From assembly GCA_951406725.2 (NCBI GenBank), contig OX597824.1:36146001-36210000 (forward strand): a DNA stretch of 64,000 bases, read 5' to 3'. A program made the translations under genes and the position numbers. Below the pieces are notes generated by a model, which worked only from the letters and a program-made list of their open reading frames with translations, was not told the DNA's origin and did not search any database. Source of the stretch: Octopus vulgaris. Lineage: Eukaryota. This document shows, one piece after another, positions 1 through 13,449 of this stretch; position 1 is the first letter of the stretch; each line of letters starts with the position of its first letter.

Positions 1-1
1 T

Positions 2-2265
2 GTGGCCGGTCCCTCTTGTGAAACACACAGACTCAGTAATTTTATTGACATCCTCCTCAAACCTATTCTCCAACATATACCAAGCTTTATACGGGATGAT
101 CTGGACTTTTTAAACCATCTCCCGAACAAAACCAGCAAAGACACCCTCCTGGTTTCATTCGATGTAATAAACCTCTACACCTCGATTCCTCACGAATATG
201 GAATTATAGCCATACAATACTGGCTGGAAAAATTCCCAAATGACATTCCTGACAGAATTGGAAAAGAATTAATCGTTGAAGGAATAATAAGGTTCATTCT
301 ACAGAACAACTTCTTCAATTTCAACGAAAACACTTATAGACAAAAATTGGGCATGGCGATGGGAACGAGGGTAGCACTTACTTTTGCCAAACTTGTCATG
401 GCATACTTGGAAGTCCAAATATATGCACACGGAAGATTAAAATTTGGGGAAAATTTCCAAAAATACTTACTTACCAACTGGAAACGCTACCTGGATGACT
501 GTTTTATCCTTTGGCCACATAACATTGAACAACTCACAGAATTTAAAAACTTAATCAACAGCATTAACCACAGGATCCAATTCACTATGGAATACAACCA
601 CCAACAACTACCCTTCCTGGACATCTTAATAATAAAGAGAGATACTGAGATTGAAACTGACATCTTCTTCAAACCAATAAACTCAAAACAATATCTTCTA
701 TTCTCTTCTTGCCACCCAAAACATACTAAAATAAATATACTGTTCAACTTAGCAAGAAGAATTTGCACGATTGCATCAAATCCTGAAACCCGAGAAAAGC
801 AACTCCAAGAACTTAAAACTTCATTACTAAATGGAAAATACCTGGTCAGTCAAATCAAAAATGGAATAGAACATGCAAAAATGATAGCCATCCAAGAGTT
901 ACGGAAAACAAGAAAACACCATGACACACTTAAAACTCTATCTTACGTATCAACACACAATCCAAGAAACTAGGAAGCATACAACATCATCCACCAAAAC
1001 ATACCCATCCTTATGAAGGACCCATGAAAGAAAAAGGCACTAGAAACACATAGGATTATTAAAAGCAAGAGACAACCACAATCTCTAAAAAAATTACTCA
1101 CCAGCGCCAAATTACCCACAAAAAATACAACACCAGAAGTCAAAAAATGCAACTGCCCTAACTGCGGAACTTGCACCTATCTCTTAGAGGGCTCGACATA
1201 CAAATTTAAGTCAGGCCTAACTTTTACCATAAAACATGACTTCACCTGTGCTTCTTAAATGTGGAGGTTGTGGTGGAGACTACATTGGTCAAACAAGCTT
1301 AACTTTGAGGGATAGATTTAAGGTGCAGAGACAAAAAAATCCAGAACCTCTCAACTAGGATAATTCCCATTAGCTGCTCCATAGACAAAAACTCTAAATA
1401 CCAAATCTTCCCTCTCTGTCAATACACTGGAAACACTTCAACCCAATTCCATAAGGAAAACATATTGATTAAAAAATATAAACCACATCTAAATATCCTT
1501 TAGAAAGAAGAAAAAGCAGTATAAAGAAGAGAAAAAACACTTTTTGCCATAAAATAGACAATAAAATTTTAGTAACAATCTTCCAACCGGGTTTCAAAAC
1601 CGCAGCTCCAAATCACCACACAAACACCAGTTGCTGATGTCACATAATTGCAAACCAATCAAAACAGAACTTCAACGAATACAATAAAAAGACCCTTTGA
1701 GAGAACCAACCAACCGGAACGACATATAACCATATCCTGCAAGAAAACCAACCAAGCAGAACGACAAGCTTGACCATAGAAAAAAACGTCATAAATTTTT
1801 TAACCAATCAAAATCAGATCTGCTCGCAGAAAAAAATTTACAAATACATCTTTCCCTAAACATACCATTACAAGCGAAAGCGACTGTTTAAAGATCTGAG
1901 AAACTGTAATTTCCCTATTTTTACTATTTTAATTCTCACACTTGTTTTTTTCAGTATGACTTGTCGACCACCACTGAAATTAATGAGTTTTAATTTCAAA
2001 CTTACACCTTCTGTTTTGAACATGATAATTTATCAACATTGAAACATTTTAATTTAACAACATTGAAACATTTCAGCTTGTCAACATTGAAACATTTTGA
2101 TTTGTCAACATTGAAACTTATAACGATGTTTTTCTAATTTTACACTTTTACCATTGATAGACAAAAAATATTGTTGAAACTAGTTTGGTATATATGTAAA
2201 TAAATGTATTTTAAACATTTACGAGCTTTTGAAATTTAAGTGTATTTTCAACAACACACCCTCTT
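2..2265 (+). mobile_element. Degenerate Penelope-like retroelement (RT + Cys linker + GIY-YIG remnant + 3' UTR), cut by the window start; diverged relative of the element at 48080-56178
   Basis: ORF 2..973 has PLE RT motifs ([40 protein letters not shown]). The frame continues through stops into KCNCPNCGTC and HDFTCAS, then a broken GIY-YIG region to about 1503. The 3' UTR has CCAAT repeats and a hammerhead-like motif, and ends at a (CT)n(AT)n microsatellite. Confidence 0.93.
2149..2190 (+). ncRNA. Minimal type I hammerhead ribozyme-like motif with a variant core, in the PLE 3' UTR
   Basis: TACCA-TTGATAG-ACAA aaaata TTGT-TGAAA-CTAG-TT-TGGTA: stem I TACCA/TGGTA, stem II ACAA/TTGT, palindromic stem III ACTAGT. 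Confidence 0.6.
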
Positions 2266-2267
2266 TT

Positions 2268-2381
<114 letters not shown>

Positions 2382-2504
2382 CTATATTTTAGCAGCTAAC
2401 TTTTCAAACACTTATTCTTGAATTATGTAATCTGATTGCTCAACGGTTTTACAATTATTTTCACAATTCCTTACATTTTGTAACCTGCAATGGGAAAGTA
2501 CAAT

Positions 2505-3000
2505 GCTTATTTCTTACTTTACTTATGCCTTTTGCTTCCTGTGGGGCCTATGCAAAGCTTGACTTTTCTCTACTGTTTTTGACTCTGGGTTGTCTTTTCT
2601 GCATTTCAATAGTTGGATCTTGCTTTTTCAATTATGTCTCAGTATCCTACCCCCAGCTATTTTTAGGGTGCCCTTTCTTCTGCCTCTCTTTGGTTCCCTG
2701 TTTCCCTTAAGGAAGATCTTCCTCTCCCAGGACTTGTTGGTTTTCAAATATCTCCAATGCTTTTCTAACTTTGCTTTTTCTAAGTAGAGGTGTTGTTCCT
2801 ATTCAAACCCAGCTCTACCTTTTGGGAAAATATCCACATTAGTCCAGCTTCTATCCTTTGACCTGTCCAGCATGTGATGCCTTTCTCTGAGCTTGTGCTC
2901 CACTGGAACAGCTCTGAGGGTCACTGAGGCCATCATCCGAGAACAAGCACTAGACCTTGTAGTGGAACATATTTATTAGCATCATCAAAAATGTTCTTAA
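2505..3000 (-). mobile_element. Degenerate 3' end of an RTE-type LINE
   Basis: Minus strand encodes a KKGHPKNSWG-like (RGRP..W) C-terminal motif followed by a (TAAG)-like tail; heavily decayed. Confidence 0.4.
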
Positions 3001-3089
3001 TTTTAACAGGATTTGGGATTCCAATATGTAGTTCTTGTTAATAGTAAATTTTTGTAATTGTAATTCTTTCATGTGTTAGCATAGTTTAA

Positions 3090-3310
3090 CCCTTTAGTGT
3101 TCACATTATTCTGCCAAAATTAATGCTTTTTAATCCACATTGTTTTGAACTAATCATGCATTATCTTGTAGCTATGAGATTTTGATGAGGTAGCTGTTAA
3201 TTTTTAAAATGATATTGTAGGGTTGGTGTGAGAGACCAGATGTGACCAGTTTAAACATAAAACAGGCAGAATACTTTTGGCCGGATATGGCCGGATTAAA
3301 TGCTAAAGGG
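3090..3310. mobile_element. piggyBac-type MITE (TTAA-flanked, CCCTTTAG...CTAAAGGG); other copies at 28307-28526, 39139-39356, 44743-44952 and 62248-62465
   Basis: TTAA|CCCTTTAG...CTAAAGGG|TTAA termini; about 220-bp internal sequence shared by 5 copies. Confidence 0.8.
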
Positions 3311-3935
3311 TTAAACATACAAACATTCAAATTTTAAGTAATAATTCTATTAGGGACAAGAGCCAAAGGTCAGTATTTTTCTTCTCCATGTCACTCACCC
3401 ACCCACACCTACTACCTCTAGTAAAAGCGTGCATAATATATTCCACAGTTAACTATTATCATCAGCCCTACCTTGCACGTATGTATACATACAATGTAGG
3501 TCATTACATGCTTGTGTGTGTGTGTGTGTGCGTGCATGTGCGTGCGTTTCATTTTGTTTTTACTTCACTTAAACTAGTTCAATCAAAGTGAATTACTTTC
3601 ATATATACTACTCAATATAGACACGTGTGTAAAATTTCATATTTTTATATCTAATAATTCACATGGTTATTTTGACTACTGGACATCATCTGCTGCAGTT
3701 ATAAATACTTATTTATAGCCAAATTAACATAAATCTATAGAGATAATTAACTTAATATTTGGTCAATACCAAGTATTAAGTTAGTTATAAATAAGAGATA
3801 TGAAGTAATCTTATAGTTGTACTTAACAAAACAAGTAGTATGAAAGTGAAATTTAAACCAATAAATATTTAGTGACAATCAAAATTAACTGCATTGGCTT
3901 TAGTCTTTATAATAAACAATGCAAGGTATGAAAAT

Positions 3936-4149
<214 letters not shown>

Positions 4150-4476
4150 GCTGAGCTGAGACCCCCTTCAGTCATGACTGACCATGGGATTGCACCTAGA
4201 AAGTTACCCTCCGAGGCACAAGTCAAGGCAAGGATGTTTATAGAAGACCAGCAGTTGCCCATGCATACCAGACTCCCCTCTCCACACCACCAATGTTATC
4301 CAAGGGAAAGGCAAAAGCTTGGCACCTGTGATGTCACAACTCATTTCTACAGCTGAGTGAACTGGAGCAACGTGAAATAAAGTGTCTTGCTCAAGAACAC
4401 AACACGCAGCCCGGTCTGGGATTCGAACTCACAACCTCACCATCATAAGCTCGACGCGCTAACCACTGAGCCATGC
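4150..4476 (-). mobile_element. tRNA-derived SINE
   Basis: Minus-strand head GCATGGCTCAGTGGTTAGCGCG...GAGTTCGAATCCC has Pol III A and B boxes, followed by a CTTGAGCAAGACACTTTA core-like segment. Confidence 0.8.
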
Positions 4477-4689
4477 ATAGAGCATAGAGAGAGTAGGAGG
4501 TGGGATGGGAAACAATATGACAAACACAAGATGTAGTTTATACCAATTGCTATTTGCATCCTCTGCTGTAGGTGTTCATAGTGCATTTGAATGCAGATGC
4601 ACAACAGTTCTGAAGAGGAATTCTTTATTACATTACGTTAACAGGGAACAAACAATTTTTCTATATAGTCTTTTCTATATGTTTTCATA

Positions 4690-5060
4690 TAGGCACAGGA
4701 GTGGCTGTGTGGTAAGTAGCTTGCTTACCAACCACATGGGCAAGTGTCTCTACTATAGCCTTGGGCCAACCAAAGCCTTGTGAGTGGATTTGGTAGATGA
4801 AAACTGAAAGAAGCCCGTCGTGTATACATATACATATACATATATATGTATATATTTGTGTGTCTGTGTTTGTCCCCCCAACATCGCTTGACAACTGATG
4901 CTGGTGTGTTTACGTCCCCGTCACTTAGTGGTTCAGCAAGAAAGACCGATAGAATAAGTACTAGGCTTACAAAGAATAAGTCCTTCGGTCGATTTACTCG
5001 ACTAAAGGCGGTGCTCCAGCATGGCTGCAGTCAAATGACTGAAACAAATAAAAGAATAAG
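4690..5060 (+). mobile_element. tRNA-derived SINE family A; other full or partial copies at about 17980-18358 (+), 30060-30150, 31100-31550, 36350-36570, 38460-38860 (+), 41180-41575 (-) and 46270-46540 (+)
   Basis: Shared head GGCTGTGTGGTAAG, body GCAAGTGTCTTCTACTATAGCC...CCAAAGCCTTGTGAGTGGATTTGG, internal (TA/TG)n and tail CAAATGACTGAAACAAGTAAAAGA. Confidence 0.88.
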
Positions 5061-5229
5061 AGAATATTGTTACTCTGTATATCACAACTGGTAATATTAC
5101 CAAGTACAGTAGTAACAATGCTACTCTATTGAAGTAGACTGGATGAAGACACTCTAAGTGGAGTTCTTATTCTATCATCCCTAACATAACACAAAACAAC
5201 TTTGTCAAATATAGTTAAGATTAAATACA

Positions 5230-5625
5230 CTAGAGAATAATAACAGAGCCTCAAAATGTGACTGTAATTGTATGAATCTACCTAGTTGTCCTTTTATTTC
5301 TAAATAGCTAGAAAAAATATAGTCTACCAGAATAAGGTGCTAACTAACACTTCAAACTTAGGGAAAATAAGTTAAAGTGTAGATACACTTGAGACACAAA
5401 GCAAAGAAGAATATGGCTACATTATCAAGCTACCTCTGGTGCTTAAAAGAAACCAGCATCAATTCACTCTGTAGAAGAGGTTTGGGGCTGAAATCATACT
5501 ATACAGAAGGAACAAAATTTAAAGTTTGTACCAAAGACGTATATCAGCCCCACTTTGCAAATTCAGAACTTTTAAACAAGAAATCTGAGAAAATAACAGT
5601 CTACAGGTACAAAATTTAATGATCT
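5230..5625 (+). pseudogene. Highly decayed GIY-YIG/C-terminal remnant of another PLE lineage
   Basis: ORF 5389..5619 contains ATLSSYLWCLKE and ELLNKKSE, resembling the T.LS.YIW.LK / LLNKRSE C-terminus of PLE endonucleases. CNC/CP remnants lie upstream at about 5255-5290. Confidence 0.55.
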
Positions 5626-6507
5626 TACCTAAATTATAGACCATTACTTGGCTCAGGACGATAGAATTACCAGTACTATGATTTCATAAAAATATTACAT
5701 ACATTACACACTCAACATGAACAATATATATTACACACAGTATAACATATAGTATAACATTAGGAAAGAAAACCCCTTGCACTATAACACCTAGCACTAT
5801 CTCCAACATTACATACATTATCCATCAATCCCTTTGTATCTATAACTATAATAAAGAAAGCCACTTATTAATTAATCTGTAGTATGTAACTTTTACAAAA
5901 GAAAAGCAATTATTAAAGTCTACATCGTCAAGAAAATTCTTAAAAATCCTCATTTTAATATTTTTTTTTTATCAAAGTGTGGTTTGGAAGTTTCTTTTAT
6001 TTTTGAAGAGATCAACCACAGAAAACTAATTTTAATTTTTTGTCTTTTTTCTTTCTCTCATACCATTCATGATGCTACTTTCTACAGACATATTAGTAAA
6101 AATGTTTCTCCATATTATAAGTGCAATCCAGTGTCAGCCAAATTATGTTAATTGCAGTTTCCTTTCATATTTGTTGGAAGTTTTTATTTACTTAGCAATA
6201 AATACACAAACAGTATACGTATATCTAATGTGAATACATGTTGGAATGTAGAATAACTTCCTTTACAATATTTGTCATGGTGTAATGCAATCCTAGCAAC
6301 TCTGTGGGTGAATCACACACCCATTACCAAAAAAAACAAAAATAAAGGACTCACAATTTTCTTCCCCCTCTACACTTCATCATCACCTTAATAATAGCAT
6401 CATTATCATCATCATTATTACCACTGTCATCTTTCAGCTACATCAGAGACATAACTGGAACTATTATTAATATCATTAACTGATCAACAATAGTAATCAT
6501 CTAATAA

Positions 6508-8608
6508 CACTGGTCAACAGCCAATTTTCATCAGGGATATTATATGGTGTTTTATATGTAGTTTTGTCCGCAGATTTCAAAAATGTAATTGATTTCCTTC
6601 TATCAGGCATGTTTGCATAATCTTTTCTTTCCATATATTTTACTTTCTGTTTAAGGTGCCAAGTCATCATCATCATCAAATTCTACTCAGGATGTCAAGG
6701 CATTGCAAGAACAGTCCTGATATATTTTGTCATGTCTGTGGTTCATTTACCACCAAAGCTCAGCAACATGCCATCACAAGTGAAATCAAGAAGATTTACC
6801 AGTTATACTTTGGCTGCTCTCTCAGGGATCAAGATAAGAGTTGGGCCCTGCACATCATCTGCTCAGCTTGTTCAAATGGACTAAGGAATTGGCTAAATAA
6901 GAGGAAGAGAGCAATGCCGTTTGCAATACCTATGATATGGAGAGAGCCAAAGGATCATTTCATGGACTGTTATTTCTACAACGTTAACGTATATGGGTTT
7001 ACTGTAAAGACCAAGCATAAGATTGTGTATCCCAACTTGGAATCAGCAAGAAGACCAGTACCACAGAACAACAATGATCTTCTTGTTCCAATAACAACAG
7101 AAAATGTCTGACGAAGATGTATTTCCTGAAGAAAATACTACTGCTGTTGAAGACACTGAAGTGGATTCAGATTTCATGATTGAAAATGAAGACGTACCAC
7201 AGAAATGTTCTCAAGGAGAGATATATGATTTAGTTAGAAACTTGTCATTGTCGAAGGATAAAGCTGAACTATTAGCATCTCGCCTACAAGAAAAGTGTCT
7301 GCTTAAGAAAGATGTTTTGTATTAGTCATTTCAGGAAGAGAAATAGGAATCTGACTTCATGCTTCTCTGTTGATGGACCACTTTGTTTCAGTAATAACAC
7401 TGATGATGGTTCCAAGAGCATGTTCCAGCTGAATGGCACTTATTCATTGAGTCGTCTAAGAGAAGCCTTAAGGCAGTACTACTACACAACGGCAATAAGC
7501 AACCATCCATTCCCATAGGACATTTAGTGCACATGAAGGAGTGTTGTGAAAACATGCAAGTACTCCTCAATGCCATAAAGTATACAAACTACAGCTGGAA
7601 AATATGTGGAGACTTGAAGGTGATTGGAATATTGATGAGAATGCAATCTGGGTTCACGAAATATTGTTGCTTTTTATGCCTATGGGATAGTCATGCAACT
7701 AACAAACACTATGTGCAATCAGAGTGGCCTTTGCGAAAATCATATGAGCCGGGAGTTTCTAGCATCCAGAGCAAGCCACTTTTAAACCCAGAAAATGTAC
7801 TCCTTCCACCTCTTCACATAAAGCTTGACCTCATGAAACAATTCGTGAAGACACTTGCCAGGAAAAGCTCAAAAGGTTTTAAATATATGAAGGCCAAATT
7901 TCCAAAAATCACCAAGGCAAAACTGAAGGAGGGCATATTCATAGGTCTGCAGATAAAAGAACTCCTGAAGGACAACCACTTCCTCACAGCACAGGATGAG
8001 ATTGAGCTTAAAGCCTGGGAATCCTCAAAATGGCTAAGTGAAAATTTCCTAGGCAACAAGAGATCTCTAGAGTTTAGAAATGGAGTGAAATGTCTTCTAG
8101 ACTCCTACACTGCAATGGGCTGTCATATGTCACTAAAAGTCCATTTCCTTGATTCACATCTGGACTTATTTTGCAGAGAATCTTGGAGCAAGGGGAACAC
8201 TTTCATCAAGATATTGCACCGATTGAACAACAATATCAAGGATTTTGGAATGCAGGAATGTTAGCTGGCTACTGTTGGATGTTATATAGGGATGAACCTG
8301 AGACAAAACACCATAGAAAGTCCAAATCCCAAAGATTTTAAGTTGTTATGCAGTTGAGTGTATTCTAACTTATTTGTACACAATAATTTTAATGTTGTAC
8401 AATAAAAAGCCATGAAATTATTGTATCTCGTATTCCATATACTTTATATAGACATGCTTTACGTATCCTATAAGTGAAAACAGCAGGTATCATTAACATG
8501 AAAATGTGACCTGATAGAGGAAATCAGACTTCAGATTCGTAATCAACATAAAAAATTAACCCAGAAAAGTCAATCAGCAACTCTGATGATTAATTTTGTT
8601 GACCAGTG
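6508..8608 (+). mobile_element. Chapaev3-type (CMC superfamily) DNA transposon, full length, with a frameshifted transposase (about 6692-8340)
   Basis: TIRs CACTGGTCAACA...CATCAG / CTGATG...TGTTGACCAGTG and 3-bp TAA target duplication (6505-6507, 8609-8611). N-terminal zinc finger FCHVCG...DQDKSWALHIICSAC...WREPKDH..DCYFY; core WKICGDLKV, CCFLCLWDS, LPPLHIKL and MSLKVHFL split over several ORFs. Confidence 0.85.
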
Positions 8609-8854
8609 TAATAAGTGTAATAAGACTAATACATTAATAATAATATTACTAATATCAATGTTTTAATAATATTATTATAGATGGATTACCATAATCTTTT
8701 TTATTATAGTCAGAATTTTAGTATCTTTAACGATCTTTTGTTACTATTTTTAGAGATATTATTGATGGAATTTAGAGCTCAGTGTTGTTATGAACGTTAC
8801 TACTGTTATTATTATTACTATGGTGATTAATAATATTATTGTCACCAGTAGTGA

Positions 8855-9062
8855 GGTGGCAAACTGACAGAATCTTTAACACATCAAACAAAACTCTTAG
8901 TGGCTTCCTTCTGGCTTTACATTCTCATTTCAAATTCTACTGAGGCTGACCTTGCCTTTCATCCTTTTGGGGGTCAATGAAATAGGTACCAGTTAAGCAC
9001 ATGTAATTGATGAGCTCCCTCCATAAAGATTTCAGGTATAGGGCTTATAGTAGAAAGAATTA
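8855..9062 (+). mobile_element. SINE family C; other copies at about 16580-16755 (-), 21250-21460, 25790-26000, 28080-28290 (-) and 58485-58695
   Basis: Recurrent GAGTTCAAATTCC...GCCTTTCATCCTTTCGGGGTCGATAAAATAAGTACCAG domain behind a decayed tRNA-like head. Confidence 0.75.
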
Positions 9063-10239
9063 TTAGTGATAGTATTTATTTTAATAATGATATTAAATAA
9101 TATTTAATATATATTATCATTAGAAACAACTAAGACCTCTGTGTTGTTAATTCGAGTGACCGACAAGAATATATACATATGTATATACATATTTCATGTA
9201 ACAAACATGACAAAATATATTTTTCATACAAACACACACACATTGCAGGGGAGTTGTCCATACTCCAATTGTCTGTTCTGGCATGGTTTCTAGGCTGGAT
9301 GCCCTTCCTAATGCCAATCACTTTACAGGGTATGCTGGTACCTTTTATGTGCAACTAGCATAGATGCATTTTACACATTACCAGCATGAGTACATTTTAT
9401 GTGACACCTGCAAAGGACATGCCTGTATATATGGATGACTTAGCTATATCCTAGATATAAATATATATTATTTAATAATATATGCCTCCCATGCTGGCAT
9501 GAGTTAGACAGTCCAACAGAATTTGATAAGTTGCAGAGCTATGTCATGTTCCAGTGTATATTTTACATGGTTTCTACAACTGGGTGCCTTTCCAATCACT
9601 TACAGAATGTAGTGGGTGCTTTCTAATGATGACCCCAGCACTGGTGAAGATTGTCATATCTTGCAAGACTAAGGGAGAAACAGGAAAGAATATGATTGTT
9701 CAAGACAAGGTGATAAGAAAGAATAAGTAAATTGAGAGGAACAGACTGTTAGCTGTAATAGGGTAGCAGAGGAGAGAATAATAAAAAACAAAAACAAGAC
9801 ACTAATTGGGAGAGTGAGTATGGTTGAGACCAGGGGAAAGAGATCAGTGTCAGGCTGGTTGAGAAAAGGTGGGGGGACAGAGTGGAAAAGGAATGGATGG
9901 GTTTATGTAACAGGGGTCAGATGTTATCCAACAATATAAAGGTGAGAATATGTGACCCAGTACCAGTAAAAAGAGAGAGAAGGGAGAAATAGATTAGAAT
10001 GGTGAGGATTCATGAATCATTGAAGGAAAGAAAGGTGGGGGGTCCTATAAAGGTAAGGGGAAGAGCAGAGTGTGTGTATGGCAAAATAAAAAAAAATCCC
10101 CGATTGGGAGACAATGGGGGAGGGATAGTGAGAAAAAGTGAGGGGGGCTAGGGTGAAAGTGGGTAGGTGAATCGAGCAGTGAGAGACAGAAAGGTGACAT
10201 GGCACCTAAGGTAATGACATAAAGGTAAAGGTAATGACA

Positions 10240-10745
10240 TAAAGATGCTTACACTCGGTCATACATGCACAGTGACATTGCACATCCAGCAAAGAATACT
10301 AGCTTCATTTCTTTCAAGCCTAGACATGTCCTTAGTGGTCACAGCCCATGTTTCACTAGCATCATACAATCTGCCTTTCACTCTGAGGGAGAAGCCCTTA
10401 GTTACCAAGAAAGGTAGAAGCTCTCTGAATTTTGTCCAGCCTATTCTTATACTAACAGCTATGCTCTCTGAGCATCCACCTCTACTGCTGACTTGGTCAC
10501 CTAGATCAGTGGTTTTCAACCAGGGTTCTGCGGAACCTTAGGGTTCTGCAAGAAGTTACAAAACTGCTAAAATCGGCAGTAATTTTTAATTCTCCTGTGC
10601 AGATATGTGTGCATAAGACTATTAAATTATTGCACAGGGGTTCCTCGAGCCAGTGGAATGTTTCCTTTAGGTTCCGCTCCAGCAAAAAGTTTGAAAAGCA
10701 CTGACCTAGATAATGGAAGCTATCAACTACTTCTAGGTATTCCAC
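10240..10745 (-). mobile_element. RTE LINE fragment (RT C-terminal region) interrupted by a hAT MITE
   Basis: LEVVDSFHYLG|DQVSSRGGCSESIAVSIRIGWTKFRELLPFL...SETWA; same family as 13450-14940. Confidence 0.85.
10507..10703. mobile_element. hAT (Charlie-like) MITE
   Basis: TIRs CAGTGGTTTTCAAC / TTTGAAAAGCACTG; perfect 8-bp TSD ACCTAGAT (10499-10506, 10704-10711). Confidence 0.88.
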
Positions 10746-11599
10746 CAAAAGATTGCTTTAAGATACATGGCTTATTTTATGAATATGCCTGTTCACAATA
10801 GCAAGAAACTGTTAGTAGCTCTTTCAGTTGTGTATTTAATTTGATATATATATATATATCTATATGTATCTTATACATAAATAGCAATTTCTGTCTGTCA
10901 CTTTGTCTAATACCATCTTGCTGCCAACACAAATGAACCAATCTTGACGAAACTTTGCATGCATGTTAAACTAACATCCAATTCAATTATAGGTTAATAG
11001 CATTTCAATAAGAATCTATAATGCCCCCACCACACACACACACACCTACACTCTCTGAGTGGTTGGTGTGAAGAAGGGCATCCAGCTGTAAAAACCTTGC
11101 CAAAATCAGATCAGAACCTGGTGCGGCCCCCCACCCCAGCTTGCCAATTTTCAGTCAAACCGTCCAAGCTGTGCCACCATGGAAAGCAGACATTAAATGA
11201 TAATGATGATGTAATGTAATGTGTCTGTGTAACTGAAAATCCAGAATAATCCAAAAGATAAATTTTTCTTCTTGGAGTAAATAAAATATGAGGTCAAGAG
11301 AAGAGGTGAAGATAGATATATTTATCCATATTGCTTCTATATGATTACAGTTATTTCATAACTTTCTTCATGTAGTATTAATTTCAGAATGCAAAATTAT
11401 ATGTACATGTCTGCATGAATATGTATGCCCAGCATTATGCAATGCAACGATGTATTTGCAAATTAATGCAAAGTTAAATTGTAGATGTAACCATAATGTT
11501 CTGGTGATCTGATGAGTTAGCTTTCTTCATTTGCATTAATTTGTGGTGGGATAAAGTGGTGAGAAATGATCTTCAGACACTGGGCCTCATTAAGGAGAT

Positions 11600-12005
11600 G
11601 TCAAGGGAACGAGTCTTCAGGTGATTTGCTGTACTTGAGAAGACACGTTAAACTAAGTAAAATTGTGGTCAGCTATATATACAGGTATGTCCTTCTGTCA
11701 GCCAAGAAATCTTTGTCCTACAAGATCGTAGGTGCTGGTCTCATGTAAAAGCACCTGTGATGGTGCCATACAAAAAGCACCCATGTCAGTGCCACATGAG
11801 AAGCACTCATGCCAGTGTCACATAGAAAAACATGCAGTATGCTGTGAATTGGCTGGCATTAGAAAAGGCATCCAGCTGTAGAAGCCATACCAAAACAGAC
11901 AATTGGGACCTATTGTAGTTCTTCAGCTTGTCAGCTCCTGTCAAACTGTCCAACCCATGCCAGCATTGAAAACGGACCTTTGATGATGATGATGATGATG
12001 ATGAC
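11600..12005 (+). mobile_element. (GAT)n-tailed SINE family B; other copies at about 9240-9420 (-), 11050-11210, 15170-15400 (-), 34450-35045, 35640-35935, 37450-37820, 41940-42190 and 44000-44262
   Basis: Shared AAAAGCACC repeats, GTGGTTGGCGTTAGGAAGGGCATCCAGCTGTAGAAAC, GTCCAACCCATGCTAGCATGG and a (GAT)n tail. Confidence 0.85.
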
Positions 12006-13449
12006 GACAATTGTCTTGCATAATACTGAGAGTACAAACATGTACATATAATTTTGCATACTGAAATTAAAATCAGATAAAAGTTTTGAAACAGCTGTAA
12101 CCATATGGAAAAATAAATCTATCTTCACCTTTAACACCTCTTCACTATTATGTTTATAATATATTATGTATGTGTGCCTGTGATTACAAAGGAATGAAGC
12201 CACAATGATCCATTAAATGTGCAAACTTAGTGTTATATGATCTGCAAAGTGTATATGTGCCGGGAGAAAAATTAGGAATTTAAGGCATTAAGTGTAGAGT
12301 GTAGGACAGAAGACTATACTGTTATAGTCATGTGATGCATATGGATGAAAACAGCTGCATAAAAATTCCCAAATGCTTAAGATGGATGGGGCTTGTAGAA
12401 GATGCAAACTGAGGAAAATATGGAATGAAATAGTGAAGGCTCATAAAGAAGATGACTAAGGACCAGAACATTTGTTTGAGAAGACTCATCTGGAAGTAAA
12501 ATGTCTATAAACACAATTGGGACCTTTGCCTGATTTTCTCATCAAATTTTCCCCCCCACCTCCTAATTCTCTATCACTGAACTTGCCATCACTTGAAAGC
12601 TGCAGTTGCTGTAATCAAATGAAAGCAGACTACATATTTTATCATCTTTTCTGTGATATCAATTATCTTTCTTGCTACCTGGAACCATTCCAATTGTCTT
12701 CCATCCTTCATTATTACATTGTTTCTCTCCACTCACATTTTACATTGGTTAGCCTACCATTCTTTGCTAACAAATCTTCTTTCCCTCTCCAATGAACCAC
12801 TTTCTGTTGATTTATCCATATCACTATACATCTCTCACTCTCATTCATGCATTACATCTTTCTCTTCACTCACACTCTTTTAACCTATCTAGTTATGTCA
12901 TCTCTGTCTTTCTATCCTACTGCTCTTGACTCTCTTGTACTGCCAATCAACCCTTACTTCCCAACTCATATGTATCATTGATTATCCCACCAACATTCAC
13001 CATACTCACTCCTATACCCTTCCCAATGTCTAGTTATCATTTTCTGTCTCCTGCGTTCTATCCAACTCATATTTTATCACAGACATCTCCTCCACCTTGA
13101 CTCTTGTTCATCATTCAATGTTTTGCACACCTTACCACATTTATTATCATTCCTCATGCTTCCCATATACTTTTGCTACCTCAACCTAGCCTCCCTTCTT
13201 GCTCTTTAGCCCCTTGGACCTATCTTAACACTTTCTCACCACCAAATTTATTTCCCTTTCTTGTTTCATACCAATTAGTCTCAAACCCTGCATCACTTGT
13301 CTCACAAGAAATATGTTCAGCCTCGTTCCTCTATACCCTAACCTTTCATCATCTTGCATAAAACTGCATCTTTCTCTACTGTAACCCCATTCAGCCAATG
13401 AGAATCTTAGTCTTGCAAACCACTTAACAACTTCACTGGTGTTGATGCC

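Noticed and set aside
4400-4476. tRNA-like sequences (also at 32400-32474 and 37030-37100)
   Set aside because: SINE heads followed by SINE bodies and tails, not tRNA genes.
11931-12203. Possible minus-strand exon with AG/GT boundaries
   Set aside because: A similar sequence occurs in the opposite orientation at about 11295-11375, so it is more likely a repeat; no protein similarity recognised.
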